From the sequence record NC_042056.1: 64,000 nucleotides of DNA. One strand, 5' to 3'. The notes beneath the pieces were generated by a model. The model was not told the DNA's origin, made no database searches, and saw only the letters and a program-made list of their open reading frames with translations. Below, one piece after another: positions 47,838 through 58,300 of this stretch (positions are counted from its first letter, which is position 1; every line of letters starts with the position of its first letter). Made by a program: the position numbers and the translations under genes.

Positions 47838-48713
47838 TTAGGCCAGCTGGTTCGCTTTCTGTTCTTCGGAAACAGAGTTGAAACCACCCGCAGTCGCTTG
47901 GACATCCGGGTTGATACCATCGTACTGCTGAGACGGAGTCAGCCACAGCTTACGCGTCATAGGACGCAGGCCGTAGAGCTTCATACGTTCCAGTTCAGAC
48001 TGAGCAGCCTGCATCGGACCCCAACCCGTCCATTGCTGGCTGGTGAAGGTGATGGACAGTTCGTTCGTCTGAGGACCGGCGTTCGGATCACGCTCACCGG
48101 TATCCTGACCCGCAGTTTCAGGAATCATGTTGGTCAACCACCAAGCGTTCTGCGCTTTACGCTGATACGCATCCGGCTCAATGTACAGCACAGTGAGGCT
48201 ATACATATCCGGCAGGTGGTCTGGCACGTTCGGGTTGATTGCCACAATACCCGGATGGCCGGTTTGTGGGTCACAGATCCCGTAGACCAGCCACGCGGCC
48301 AGCATGTTCTGGAACACTTTACCGTACTTATCAGGACTGGTGTGGGTCACAGAGGACTGTGCTTCCGTTACCAGACCGGCTTCGTACTGAATACGGTTGT
48401 TACGACCCTGTTGGGTCTGAACCGCTTCGTGGCTCAGTGTTTTATCCAGACCGGTGATGGTGGTGTGGACTTCGATGAAGGACTTAATAGCCTGACGCCA
48501 CAGGGACGGGTTAGGCATGTAGTCCACCCAGCGCGGGAATTCCATGACGCGCGCGATAACGTTACGACGCAGGCGGTGGGCGTTCGTGACGAACTTACCG
48601 ACCTGTCCGACCGGGCCGTTCTGGCCCGATGCGAATGGGTTAACCATGTCGTAAGTACCACCGTCAAAGTGGAACCCCTGGTTGGGTTGAATCAAACGAT
48701 CTTTGATAGCCAT
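47838..48713 (-). CDS. Tail tube protein (phiKZ gp30-like)
   Basis: 291 aa immediately downstream of the sheath; LTVLYIEPD…AWWLTNMIP…ELSITFT pattern. Confidence 0.82.
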   Translation of the reverse strand: MAIKDRLIQPNQGFHFDGGTYDMVNPFASGQNGPVGQVGKFVTNAHRLRRNVIARVMEFPRWVDYMPNPSLWRQAIKSFIEVHTTITGLDKTLSHEAVQTQQGRNNRIQYEAGLVTEAQSSVTHTSPDKYGKVFQNMLAAWLVYGICDPQTGHPGIVAINPNVPDHLPDMYSLTVLYIEPDAYQRKAQNAWWLTNMIPETAGQDTGERDPNAGPQTNELSITFTSQQWTGWGPMQAAQSELERMKLYGLRPMTRKLWLTPSQQYDGINPDVQATAGGFNSVSEEQKANQLA

Positions 48714-48716
48714 TTA

Positions 48717-50759
48717 TCAGCTCTCCCGACGGTAGACTTTGATAGTGGTGTTGACCTGAGTCAGCAGCACGCCACCGTAAGCAAGCAGATCCAGCGTTAC
48801 AGAGTAACCGTTCGATTTGTCTTCTGCGGTGAAGTACGCTTTCGGTACAATATCCGCGATACCGTCCAGACGACCTTCCAGCGCTTCGATAATCTTATCT
48901 TCCAGCATCTTCGCGCGTTCCGCATCAGTCATGCGGTCTTCACCCGACATTGCCGCCCACACACGGTCAGAGACACGGTAGACGTAAGCCATGATGAAGT
49001 TGAACATCGCGTTGTTCAGGACAGATCGTTCTTCGTTGTAGATGGACTGAATCGCCGGGATGAAGTCACGGTAGTAGTCGTAGCTACGCGCAGTGATCAG
49101 GGACACGTCCCAGTCAGAAGCGTACACGTCCATACCTTTCCACGGCATACTCAGGTCAGTCAGGTCGGTGATAATGGTGAGTTCGCCACGACCGAAACGT
49201 TTCTCCGGTTTAGCAAAACCATTGCCTGCACCCAGATATTGCGAGAACATGTTCGCCAGGGTGTAGTTCATCGGCACCGGCTTCTTGTAAGAGGAGCCGC
49301 GGATGAATGCAGATTGACCGGTGACCATACCACGCGCTGCTGGGGTACCGTATTTCACGGACTCCGGCACGGAGGTGATCATCTCAATCAGGGCCACCTT
49401 CGCACTCTCCTCCGTTTGGAGGTCGTTGCGGCCTTCGTTATAAACGTGGGTCGCCAGAGTGAGGAAGGTATTGCGTGACTTACCGATAAAGTTCACACAA
49501 GCCGATTTGGTGTCGAAGCTGAAACCGGAGTCCCAGAAACAACCCAGTGAGTATTTCAGTTCGTTGTCGTAACGAACTTGGCCACGGTCTGGGAACAGCA
49601 GCATTTCGCGACGAACGAGTTCATCGAATGCATCGTTACCCATGGTGCCATCGGAGCCGCCTTGCAGGAAGTGAATGTTGCTGCTGCCGAAGACCGCTTT
49701 ACCGGTTTCCGTTGCAGGGTTCACTTGCAGGCCGTCGTACGGCTGACCAATCAGATCCAGACCACCGAAGATATCGATGAGATATTTGTCGGTAGGTGCG
49801 TTGATCATGTTACCCGCAGCCAGGTCGAGCACGGCTTCAAGTTGGTCATGATAAACGTGGAACGTTTTGAACGGGCCGTAGTTTGGCAGCTCGCCAACAT
49901 CCGGGCTAACCTTACGGTAAGCATCGGCAACAACCACTTCGAAGTCCAGCTGCGTTCTCATCGGCTGATAGTATGCGTCAGGTAAGAAACTAAAGTTCAC
50001 ACTTGACATACTGTTCAGGGTCTTCCAGATTACCGCAGACGAGACACCCGCCAGAGTTTCAAACCACTGGAGGTTGTAAACACGTCCACCGACTTTCGTC
50101 TGGTAGGCCGAACCCAGTGCCGGTGAGGATTTCTCGCTCAACGGTACCAGTTTGAAACCGAAGCCGTTCGCATCAGCACCCGCGTAAGGCGCTTCAATAT
50201 CGAACAGTGGGTACATCTTCGACTTCGCGCCGCCTTCACCGGTCAGTGTACCGTCGATAGGTACCGCAGCGCCGATGGCCGGACTGTTGCTGTCAATAAC
50301 CACGCTGCGCAGTACGATGAGCAGGCCATCAACCTGTGTCTCGATCTTCGCTTTACCGGTGTTATCGTACTGCACGGTGCCGCCAGCATCACGCACATAC
50401 TTCGGCACTTTCGTGGCGAGTACGTCAGCGTAGAAGCGGATGGACGCCGTTTTCGCGTCATCAGGGATAAGGCGCTGATACATCCCCTCGTTGGCGTTGG
50501 CATTGAACATCGCCTGGTACGGTGTGTTGAACGTCGCGTATGGGCCGCGGAGATCGAAGATGCCTCGGCCCATTAAGTCGAGGGCGTTGTCGCCACTCAA
50601 CGGGAACGCTTCGTCACCAACGCCGCGTGCGCCAAAGGTGAAGATCAGCGGCTTATGAATCGGGTCACCCGTAGGTGCCCTCACAAGGGCGGGTACGGAA
50701 TTGTCTTCCATCCCTTCCTTGTAGTTCACGGGCGCGCCGTTACGTGGAATATAGCTCAT
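48717..50759 (-). CDS. Contractile tail sheath protein (phiKZ gp29-like)
   Basis: 680 aa, sheath-tube tandem divergent from the terminase operon as in phiKZ. Confidence 0.85.
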   Translation of the reverse strand: MSYIPRNGAPVNYKEGMEDNSVPALVRAPTGDPIHKPLIFTFGARGVGDEAFPLSGDNALDLMGRGIFDLRGPYATFNTPYQAMFNANANEGMYQRLIPDDAKTASIRFYADVLATKVPKYVRDAGGTVQYDNTGKAKIETQVDGLLIVLRSVVIDSNSPAIGAAVPIDGTLTGEGGAKSKMYPLFDIEAPYAGADANGFGFKLVPLSEKSSPALGSAYQTKVGGRVYNLQWFETLAGVSSAVIWKTLNSMSSVNFSFLPDAYYQPMRTQLDFEVVVADAYRKVSPDVGELPNYGPFKTFHVYHDQLEAVLDLAAGNMINAPTDKYLIDIFGGLDLIGQPYDGLQVNPATETGKAVFGSSNIHFLQGGSDGTMGNDAFDELVRREMLLFPDRGQVRYDNELKYSLGCFWDSGFSFDTKSACVNFIGKSRNTFLTLATHVYNEGRNDLQTEESAKVALIEMITSVPESVKYGTPAARGMVTGQSAFIRGSSYKKPVPMNYTLANMFSQYLGAGNGFAKPEKRFGRGELTIITDLTDLSMPWKGMDVYASDWDVSLITARSYDYYRDFIPAIQSIYNEERSVLNNAMFNFIMAYVYRVSDRVWAAMSGEDRMTDAERAKMLEDKIIEALEGRLDGIADIVPKAYFTAEDKSNGYSVTLDLLAYGGVLLTQVNTTIKVYRRES

Positions 50760-50798
50760 GGAACATCTCCATAAATTCGTCTTTTAAGACCAAACGGT

Positions 50799-50807
50799 CA
50801 TACTAAG
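50799..50807 (-). promoter_or_regulatory. Candidate late promoter (CTTAGTATG)
   Basis: Identical to the 9-mer at 9365-9373; 40 nt upstream of the sheath start. Confidence 0.45.
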
Positions 50808-50817
50808 GTATCAACTC

Positions 50818-51726
50818 ATGGCACTTGAAAACGCTTACACAGGCAACGTCTTCCGTAGCTTTGACCTGAATTCACTCGCAGCCAGTATTGAACTGGCACG
50901 TAAACTCAACCAAACAGTCGCTCAATCTGACGAGGTTCACTACGTTGTTGAGACAGCCGATGTAAAATCGTTTCCTTTACCGATTGTTATCGGCGACGAC
51001 GTGTATGTAGATGCACGCACGTTTACCTCATTGGACAGAAACAATGAGCTAAAAATTCGAAACCCAATCGAACACGCATTGCGTCTCGATCAGGCTCGTT
51101 GGGAATTAGTGTGGAAACGAAACAATAGTCGGCTCGGTGCTTTGATGGCACAGCTTCCATACCACCATGAGATTTATAGCAAGTGGGTAGGCGATGCGAT
51201 TACGCATGCGTACGCACTCACTCCATATCAAAGCGGGCAAATCCGCGCAGCGGCCGCTTTGTTCTCTGTGGGTCAGTTCTACAACAACTTCGAAGACGAG
51301 ATGAAGATGCTGCGTTTGCAGCAGGAATTGTCCCGTCAGCTGGGTACGCCGTTTGAGATGTTCGAGGCCATTACCGGCCACACCGACTACCTCTTCCCGC
51401 GCAATGTCGAAGAGTTTGTGGAGATGGTGAAGCTTGCCGACATCACCCCACGCCTGAACGACTTTAGCGTGCTGGCATTGCAGCAGATGCTGAACACCAG
51501 TTTCTTCGGGGTTAGCTATGAGAAGCAGTTGTGTACCAGTGCGCTGGAATACCCACCTTCTCTGCTGGTCATGATCCGTGCTTCACTTGAGAACAATATG
51601 TTCAACCGTTCTCGTCTGGGTGGCACGATTAAGAAGTCTGACACTGCGAAGAAGAAAGACAAGTTCTTGTTCACGTACGAACTCATCATGAACCAGAACA
51701 CCAAACCCACTAACATCAAAGGTTAA
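50818..51726 (+). CDS. Probable virion structural protein (phiKZ gp28-like by position)
   Basis: 302 aa, first gene of the terminase operon. Confidence 0.7.
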   Translation: MALENAYTGNVFRSFDLNSLAASIELARKLNQTVAQSDEVHYVVETADVKSFPLPIVIGDDVYVDARTFTSLDRNNELKIRNPIEHALRLDQARWELVWKRNNSRLGALMAQLPYHHEIYSKWVGDAITHAYALTPYQSGQIRAAAALFSVGQFYNNFEDEMKMLRLQQELSRQLGTPFEMFEAITGHTDYLFPRNVEEFVEMVKLADITPRLNDFSVLALQQMLNTSFFGVSYEKQLCTSALEYPPSLLVMIRASLENNMFNRSRLGGTIKKSDTAKKKDKFLFTYELIMNQNTKPTNIKG

Positions 51727-51737
51727 GAGGTTCCATT

Positions 51738-54263
51738 ATGGAGAACTGGCTGGTCGCCCACGCGGTTGACAACGCTTGGCAGCGTCCGAACCTTGATCGG
51801 GCACTGATTATTGAACCGTATCGTATCACGCCAAAAACCGGCGCGACCGGCTTTGTCCGTAACGGGCCTGTGTCTGTATCTTTACCCGACGCAGGTTGGT
51901 GGCACGCATACGTGGTGGATAAACTCCACATGAACTGGGGGAACCTCAATATTCCTCCGAACCGTTGGAAGCGAGTATCTGCCTGTGTGAATGCGTTCAG
52001 TACCTTCATGCAGCTGTACAACGAGAATGGAAGAACATTCCCGGTGACGAATGCTTTTGTCATGCGTCGCGATACCGGGGAAATCCTGTTAGCGATTCCG
52101 CAGACCGACCGTTACAAATGGCTGGATACCGACGACATTTACTGGCGTATCTTCCCCGGTTACACTGGTACGGTGGTGGCGAAACAAGTACACCCGACGT
52201 TTGTCGAATTCTTTGAAACGCCGAATGCCAACAAAATCAAAGATGCAATAGACCGCTACAACTCACTGGTCGGCCAGAACAACGGCTATGTGAGTTTCTG
52301 GGTCAACGGCTCGCTGATTATCAACCCGACTCCGGCCGACATTTCGACGTGGGACGATGTTGAGATTGTGGTAGATGGGCGTGGGATTCGCACGGTAGAT
52401 TTCCGTTGTGGGGATTTACCGACGTTCCAGTCGTCGTTGGATGGGAAACGTAAATACCTGCTCCACTTCCCGAAAACAGCGGACATGGTGTGGATTTTCA
52501 ACAACGACGTTGAGATTCAGATCCTGAACGGACGCGAGGGTCGTTACTACCACCGTCATCGTCATCTGGCCATTCGTCAGGTTACCTTCAACGACATCAG
52601 TATTCCAACAGAACGGCTGAGCCAGTTGCGTAACGCCTTCAGCAAACCGATTAGCGATTTGGATGACGTGGTTATCCGTGTGGTTATCCGTGAAGACTAC
52701 CTTGCAGTGGCACCGCTGTTCAACGCCAGCCATATCCACGACCTGTATAAGATGCCAGACAGTGACATCGTTGCAGCGATGGTTGGGGCTAACGCTACCG
52801 TTCCTGAGTGGACAGCGAAGGTGTTGGAAAATGCCGCCTTTAACAAGGTGGCCGCAGCGAAGATGTCAAACATCACTCGCGATTTGACCACGGAAGCTTA
52901 CGGGTATAATGCAGTAACGCGTTACGCCGCTGACACGCCACAGAAGTTGATGTTGGATAACGGGAAATGGACAGCAACACTACCTGACCTGTTAGCGTCA
53001 CGGTCAGTGGTTTACGAATACGACTCGACTGGAAAGCTGCTCGGTTGTTACCCGAACCGTAACGCGGCAGTCTACACGGCGAAGAACGTCACTGCACGTT
53101 ACATCGAAGGGATTGCAGGCGATGTCGATACGGCGATGAACATCATGGACAACGCGCCCGATTTCTCCATCTCAGAAGGGGAGAACGTTGCGCTATGGGT
53201 TCGTAAGGTGGTCAGTGGTGTCGGCACCAATGAATACACCGAAGCGGTAGAAGGGACGGACTACAAGCGGGAGGGTAACGCCATCCGGTGGAGCGTTGAC
53301 CGTGCACGCCGTTGGCCAACCGTCGTTCGTGATGACCGTCATTTGTTCTTCAGCCAGACCGTGAACGTCAAAGAAGGACAACTGCGTATCCCGATTCTGG
53401 GACGTTCGAACAGCGAACCGATTCGTACGTTGTGGACACCGATGGAAACCGTGGAGGTCTGGTTAAACAAACGACCATTGGTCTTTGGGATTGACTACGT
53501 CGTTATCTGGCCAGAGATTGTCATCGTGTGTAAAGTCTGGGCCAGTGACGCTGACGAAAACGTAGTGGATGTCCGTGCGCGTGGCGTAACCGGTAAACTG
53601 CATGTGCCGAAGACCGGGTTTGTTTCGAGCGGATTACTGTCTAACAACAGCCACTTCGATGTGCGTGATGACAAGGTCATTCGTATCGTTGCCGGGGGAC
53701 GTATCCTGACCCGCAATGAGGTGGTCTTCCGTGAAGACAACACGGTGGGTACCGATGTAGTGCCGGACGGCTTCCCCTTCTCAGTGGATGACCCGACGGT
53801 GCCACTACGGTCACTTATCACCGGGGACACGTATGCGTTACGCGATGTATCTCGTGACATCGATGCGCGTACCGAGGATTATCTGTCGGCTTGGTATCCA
53901 ACCCCGCCACCGGTCAATCCGGTACCGTTGAAAAGCTGGTATCATCTCTACAGCCCACTGTTGAACAAAGTGCTGTGGGATTACAAGCAAGGGTACCTCC
54001 ATTTGGTAGAAGACGATCCTGAATACCGGATTTCGACTTCACAGCTGGACATCGTCATGGAGGGTTATCTTGACCTGCTGAACTTTGACCCGGCATTCAT
54101 TGGCTATGATAAAGCCTTTGTGCGTGTGCATCCGCATTCGCAATACCAGGTTGTAGAGGTTGATGAATTGGGCTTTGCTTTCATGGACCGTGTGAATCAG
54201 CGGTATCTGAAAGGTGAGGTGCAACTTAACCAGTATCTGAAAATCAAAGGTTCTAAAGCATGA
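51738..54263 (+). CDS. Probable virion structural protein (phiKZ gp27-like by position)
   Basis: 841 aa, GAGG RBS. Confidence 0.72.
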   Translation: MENWLVAHAVDNAWQRPNLDRALIIEPYRITPKTGATGFVRNGPVSVSLPDAGWWHAYVVDKLHMNWGNLNIPPNRWKRVSACVNAFSTFMQLYNENGRTFPVTNAFVMRRDTGEILLAIPQTDRYKWLDTDDIYWRIFPGYTGTVVAKQVHPTFVEFFETPNANKIKDAIDRYNSLVGQNNGYVSFWVNGSLIINPTPADISTWDDVEIVVDGRGIRTVDFRCGDLPTFQSSLDGKRKYLLHFPKTADMVWIFNNDVEIQILNGREGRYYHRHRHLAIRQVTFNDISIPTERLSQLRNAFSKPISDLDDVVIRVVIREDYLAVAPLFNASHIHDLYKMPDSDIVAAMVGANATVPEWTAKVLENAAFNKVAAAKMSNITRDLTTEAYGYNAVTRYAADTPQKLMLDNGKWTATLPDLLASRSVVYEYDSTGKLLGCYPNRNAAVYTAKNVTARYIEGIAGDVDTAMNIMDNAPDFSISEGENVALWVRKVVSGVGTNEYTEAVEGTDYKREGNAIRWSVDRARRWPTVVRDDRHLFFSQTVNVKEGQLRIPILGRSNSEPIRTLWTPMETVEVWLNKRPLVFGIDYVVIWPEIVIVCKVWASDADENVVDVRARGVTGKLHVPKTGFVSSGLLSNNSHFDVRDDKVIRIVAGGRILTRNEVVFREDNTVGTDVVPDGFPFSVDDPTVPLRSLITGDTYALRDVSRDIDARTEDYLSAWYPTPPPVNPVPLKSWYHLYSPLLNKVLWDYKQGYLHLVEDDPEYRISTSQLDIVMEGYLDLLNFDPAFIGYDKAFVRVHPHSQYQVVEVDELGFAFMDRVNQRYLKGEVQLNQYLKIKGSKA

Positions 54264-55900
54264 CCACTTTATTGACTGATCTTATCGACAGAGACCGCGG
54301 CTTTCGCGTCTGGGGGGAAGGTGACCTCTATGACGAGAAGAAAGGCACCGGCTTTGTCCCCAATCCAAAAGACTGGATTGTGCACGACAACAACATTGTT
54401 GAGCGTGTCTTAACGGTGAACTACGCGACCCCGTCATGGACGGTGGAAGTGATAAACGCCATCCCGGTGAAGAACACGGACAAGATTAACGGGGGTCACT
54501 ACCCGCTGCGTTCGGACAAATACCGTGTCTATTTCGACACCACGAAAAACCCGGCGACCATGGTGGTGGATAACAACATCACTTTCAACGGGCCGGACGT
54601 GGACGGGATTCGTATATTCCGTGGGACGGACATTTCGGACAACGGGGAAATTCTGTCAGGCTTCTACAAAAACGGCCGCCTTGACAAGAACTACCTGCCG
54701 ATGCAGACCATCTCCAAAGACGGTGTCGAGACCGTGGTCAAATCACCCCTACCGGGCAGTCTGTTAGCGCCGGTGGAACACGGTGAGCAGTTCAGCTACG
54801 TCGTCTATGCCGATTCCGGGGACATCATCGAAATCGGTACCGGGTACTTCATCAAGACCAACCTCGTCATGCCGCAAGACACGGCGAGCCGTCAGATTCT
54901 GGACATCAAACTGGTGTCGCCGTTCATCGTGGATGACAACGGTACCGTGTTAACGTTGCCAATTAACATCCCGCTGGATTCTATCCCGCTGTCGGTTGTG
55001 GTGAAATACTCCGACGGTGAGAAGAAGATGAACATCGACGGTTCCCGTGTCATTCTGAACGGGATTCGTAATGCCGGTTCCCACGATACGTATTACCTCT
55101 CGACCAATGCCGGTAACGAGCTGCCACTGACGCTCAGTTATCTGTTGGCTAAAGGGGAAACGTACTTTGGGGACAACCTCATCAACGGGACAATCTTCAA
55201 AGATTATACCGCGGTGACGGAAACGGTGGACGGGGCGTACTCGATGAAACTGTTTGTGGTACCGAAGTGGCTGAACGCCAACCAAGGTTATCGCCTCCAG
55301 TATTACCTGTACAACCTGACCCGCGGACAGGTTTACGACGCCACGGCGGCGTGTACGCTGACGGGCGGACAAGCGTTTGACCCAATGTTGTACGGTGTCA
55401 AGCAGCGTCTGAATGTCCAGTGTGACATTTCCAAAGTGGATGCGAAGTTCCGTGCGTTTATTCAGGCACAGTCCTTCTCCATCACGCTGGTCAATCCGGG
55501 TACCGAACTGAACACCAACTACTTCCTCGAATATCTGCCTGATGGGCTGAAATACGGTGAAGGCATTTGGGCCACGTTCAAATACTCGAACGTCAACTAC
55601 TCGGAAATCGATGTGCGTTGTGGTAAAGCGACAAAAGCCGAATGGCTGGCCGCGCTCTACGACCCATCCTACCCGCTGTACGACCGCCGTAACGAATCCG
55701 GCCCGCTGGAGCCGACCCACTTCGAAATCCACGTCGGTGGACAAGTGGTGACAGCATCAGTCGATGACTGGATGAGTGTCAAGGTTGTGAACTACAAAGT
55801 GGCGCTGGACGATACGCTGGTGATTCGCTGGTTACGCCGTACTCCAACGGACACCCTGCAACTCGCTTGCTCCCCGATGTTGGCACACAACATCAGCTAA
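54260..55900 (+). CDS. Probable virion structural protein (phiKZ gp26-like by position)
   Basis: 546 aa, beta-rich; ATGA overlap. Confidence 0.72.
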   Translation: MTTLLTDLIDRDRGFRVWGEGDLYDEKKGTGFVPNPKDWIVHDNNIVERVLTVNYATPSWTVEVINAIPVKNTDKINGGHYPLRSDKYRVYFDTTKNPATMVVDNNITFNGPDVDGIRIFRGTDISDNGEILSGFYKNGRLDKNYLPMQTISKDGVETVVKSPLPGSLLAPVEHGEQFSYVVYADSGDIIEIGTGYFIKTNLVMPQDTASRQILDIKLVSPFIVDDNGTVLTLPINIPLDSIPLSVVVKYSDGEKKMNIDGSRVILNGIRNAGSHDTYYLSTNAGNELPLTLSYLLAKGETYFGDNLINGTIFKDYTAVTETVDGAYSMKLFVVPKWLNANQGYRLQYYLYNLTRGQVYDATAACTLTGGQAFDPMLYGVKQRLNVQCDISKVDAKFRAFIQAQSFSITLVNPGTELNTNYFLEYLPDGLKYGEGIWATFKYSNVNYSEIDVRCGKATKAEWLAALYDPSYPLYDRRNESGPLEPTHFEIHVGGQVVTASVDDWMSVKVVNYKVALDDTLVIRWLRRTPTDTLQLACSPMLAHNIS

Positions 55901-55906
55901 TACCTT

Positions 55907-55930
55907 CCTCCTCCCCGGTCGGGGAGGAGG
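55907..55930 (+). other. Hairpin abutting the terminase RBS
   Basis: CCTCCTCCCC-GGTC-GGGGAGGAGG. Confidence 0.65.
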
Positions 55931-55942
55931 CTAGGAGGAACC

Positions 55943-58054
55943 ATGATATTACGTGAACGTGATTGGGGTTTCTATCCGGGCGCTTTAGCGGATGACACCA
56001 CCAAGAACAAACACTTTATGTATTTCGCCGACACCCTCAAAGGGCTCGGTGTAAAGCACTGGTATTTGCATCTTGCACTTCTCGACCCGGAACTGCAAGG
56101 TGTTGATCCGCACGACCCACACCTGACTGTTGAGCAACAGGCGCGTGTGATTGCAGAATGTGCACGTAACCCATGGTACTACATCCGTGAATGCCTGCGC
56201 GTTCCTGCGGATGGTACTGACGGTGTACCCTTTAAGATTGACCGCGGTAACTTTGCGATGTTTTGGATTTTCTTCAATAACATCGACGTGGCCATCGAGT
56301 TCCTTCGTCAGCACGGTAAGACCGTCGGGATGTGTTCGCTCCTGAGTTGGCTGCTGCGTTTCCTTGAGAAGTCGCGTACAATTCTGGTCACCAAAGGACC
56401 GGTACTGCGTGAGGAAACCATCACCAAACTGAAAGAGCTGCGCAACTGCCTGCCGAAATACCTGTGGCCTATCCACCCGGATGACCCTGACAACAAAGAA
56501 GCCTTTGCGTGTATGGCGCAGGGCAACAAACTGATTACCGCGATTGGTCAGAACGACGAACAATCTGCAAACGGTGTGGGCCGTGGTCTAACCGCCGGTC
56601 GTCTGTTCTCGGATGAGGGCCCCTTCACCAACAACATCCACATCATTCTTCCGGCCGCGCTGGCATCCGGTACGGCTGCCCGTAACATCAACGAAGAATC
56701 CGGTGTGCCTTACGGTAACGTGTTCGCAACAACGCCCGGCGATCTGGCCACCCCAGAAGGTCAGTACATGTACGAACTGATGACTTCGGGGATTAACTGG
56801 GACGAGCGTTATGTCGATATCCCAACCCGTCAGCAGTTGATTGACATGATTCGACACAACTCCACGTCGAAGATGCCACGTATCATGTTCTACGCGAAGT
56901 TCAACCACCGTCAACTGGGTACCTCCGATGCGAAACTCGCAGATATGATTGCGAACGCCACGGGTAGCCCAGACCAAATCCGCCGTGACTTCGGTGGCGA
57001 ATGGACTACCGGTGGTTTCAACAAACCGTTCTCCGGTGACGATGCTCGCCGTATGAACGGGTCGCGTATGCGTGCCACGTACAAGGACATCAGTCCAGCC
57101 AACTACATCACCGATTGGTATTACGGTGAAATGGAAATGGCAACGAAACTCCATGACCGCCACATCATCGGTCTGGATACGTCGGAAGCGGTAGGTCGGG
57201 ATGCGATTGCCATGTCGATTGTCAACTCGGTGACCGCAGAGTACGCCGGGAAGATGACCGTGAACGAAACCAACGTCATTGGCTTTGCCATTCACTTGGC
57301 GGACTTCATGGAGCGGTTCCCGAATACGGTACTTATTCTCGAACGTAAGTCGACCGGTTCATCGGTTGCAGATGCAATCATCCTTCAATTGCAGTCTCGC
57401 GTCCGTGACTTGCACCGTCGTCTGTATGTCAGGATAACGGACACCAACAGCCGTAACGACGATTTGTATAAGGAGTATGCTCGCGGGCCAGCAGGCGGAA
57501 ACGCTGAACGGTTCTGGGACAAATTCCGTAAGTACATCGGCTTCACTACGGATGGTGATAAACGTCGGAAATTATATGGTGAGGTCTTCACCATGGCTCT
57601 CCGTTTATCAGCCCACTTGTTACGCAGTGGTGAACTCATCGACCAAATCCTTGGTTTGGTGGAGCGCAGCGGACGTATTGACCACCAGAAATCCGGTCAT
57701 GATGACTTGGTCATTTCTTGGCTACTGGCAATGTGGCTGCTCTTGTTTGGTAAGAACCTGAATCACTACGGGATTACCAACAACCGACTAATGATTCGAA
57801 ATCGCAATATCCTTGTAGGTGGAGATGTTACTGGAGACGAGGACGCGATGGTTGAAGAGGAGGAGAAGCAACAGCAACTGATGGGTGAGATTGAAGAAGT
57901 GATGAAGCAAAGTGTGGGCGTGACTTGTCCTGTACGCCAAATGACCTTGCGTAATCGCCTCCAGTCCCTCATCGCACAACTTAACACTGATATGCGCAAC
58001 GTCGCATCGATGGAAAGCTTGAAAGAGCTTATCCAGCGCCAGAGGATGAAGTAA
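55943..58054 (+). CDS. terL: Terminase large subunit
   Basis: Walker A RQHGKT, Walker B LFSDEG, ATTPG coupling motif, nuclease IGLDTSE…D and HDDLVISW. Confidence 0.93.
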   Translation: MILRERDWGFYPGALADDTTKNKHFMYFADTLKGLGVKHWYLHLALLDPELQGVDPHDPHLTVEQQARVIAECARNPWYYIRECLRVPADGTDGVPFKIDRGNFAMFWIFFNNIDVAIEFLRQHGKTVGMCSLLSWLLRFLEKSRTILVTKGPVLREETITKLKELRNCLPKYLWPIHPDDPDNKEAFACMAQGNKLITAIGQNDEQSANGVGRGLTAGRLFSDEGPFTNNIHIILPAALASGTAARNINEESGVPYGNVFATTPGDLATPEGQYMYELMTSGINWDERYVDIPTRQQLIDMIRHNSTSKMPRIMFYAKFNHRQLGTSDAKLADMIANATGSPDQIRRDFGGEWTTGGFNKPFSGDDARRMNGSRMRATYKDISPANYITDWYYGEMEMATKLHDRHIIGLDTSEAVGRDAIAMSIVNSVTAEYAGKMTVNETNVIGFAIHLADFMERFPNTVLILERKSTGSSVADAIILQLQSRVRDLHRRLYVRITDTNSRNDDLYKEYARGPAGGNAERFWDKFRKYIGFTTDGDKRRKLYGEVFTMALRLSAHLLRSGELIDQILGLVERSGRIDHQKSGHDDLVISWLLAMWLLLFGKNLNHYGITNNRLMIRNRNILVGGDVTGDEDAMVEEEEKQQQLMGEIEEVMKQSVGVTCPVRQMTLRNRLQSLIAQLNTDMRNVASMESLKELIQRQRMK

Positions 58055-58281
58055 TGACTCAACTCTTTTATTTAGCGGTAGCAATAGTTTGGATCGCCAT
58101 GTTTGTGTCCATACACCACATTCACGGCGTTGTTAAACAACATGCCATTCAGAACAATCTCTCCACGATGGTCTTGCTTCGATCGCAAGCCTTTGCGATT
58201 ACCGGGATGATTGTGCTGGGTGCCATCGCGACATCAGGGATGCATTACGTTTATACGCTGCACCAACTCTCGGTTCTGTAA
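58054..58281 (+). CDS. Small two-TM membrane protein
   Basis: 75 aa, two hydrophobic helices, TAATG-coupled to terL. Confidence 0.65.
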   Translation: MTQLFYLAVAIVWIAMFVSIHHIHGVVKQHAIQNNLSTMVLLRSQAFAITGMIVLGAIATSGMHYVYTLHQLSVL

Positions 58282-58300
58282 GTCCGTCTGCTGGCAAGAT

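Noticed and set aside
47898-49478. 526-aa + strand ORF opposite the tube and sheath genes
   Set aside because: Antisense shadow of strongly codon-biased genes; no RBS or motif; the real genes are on the minus strand.
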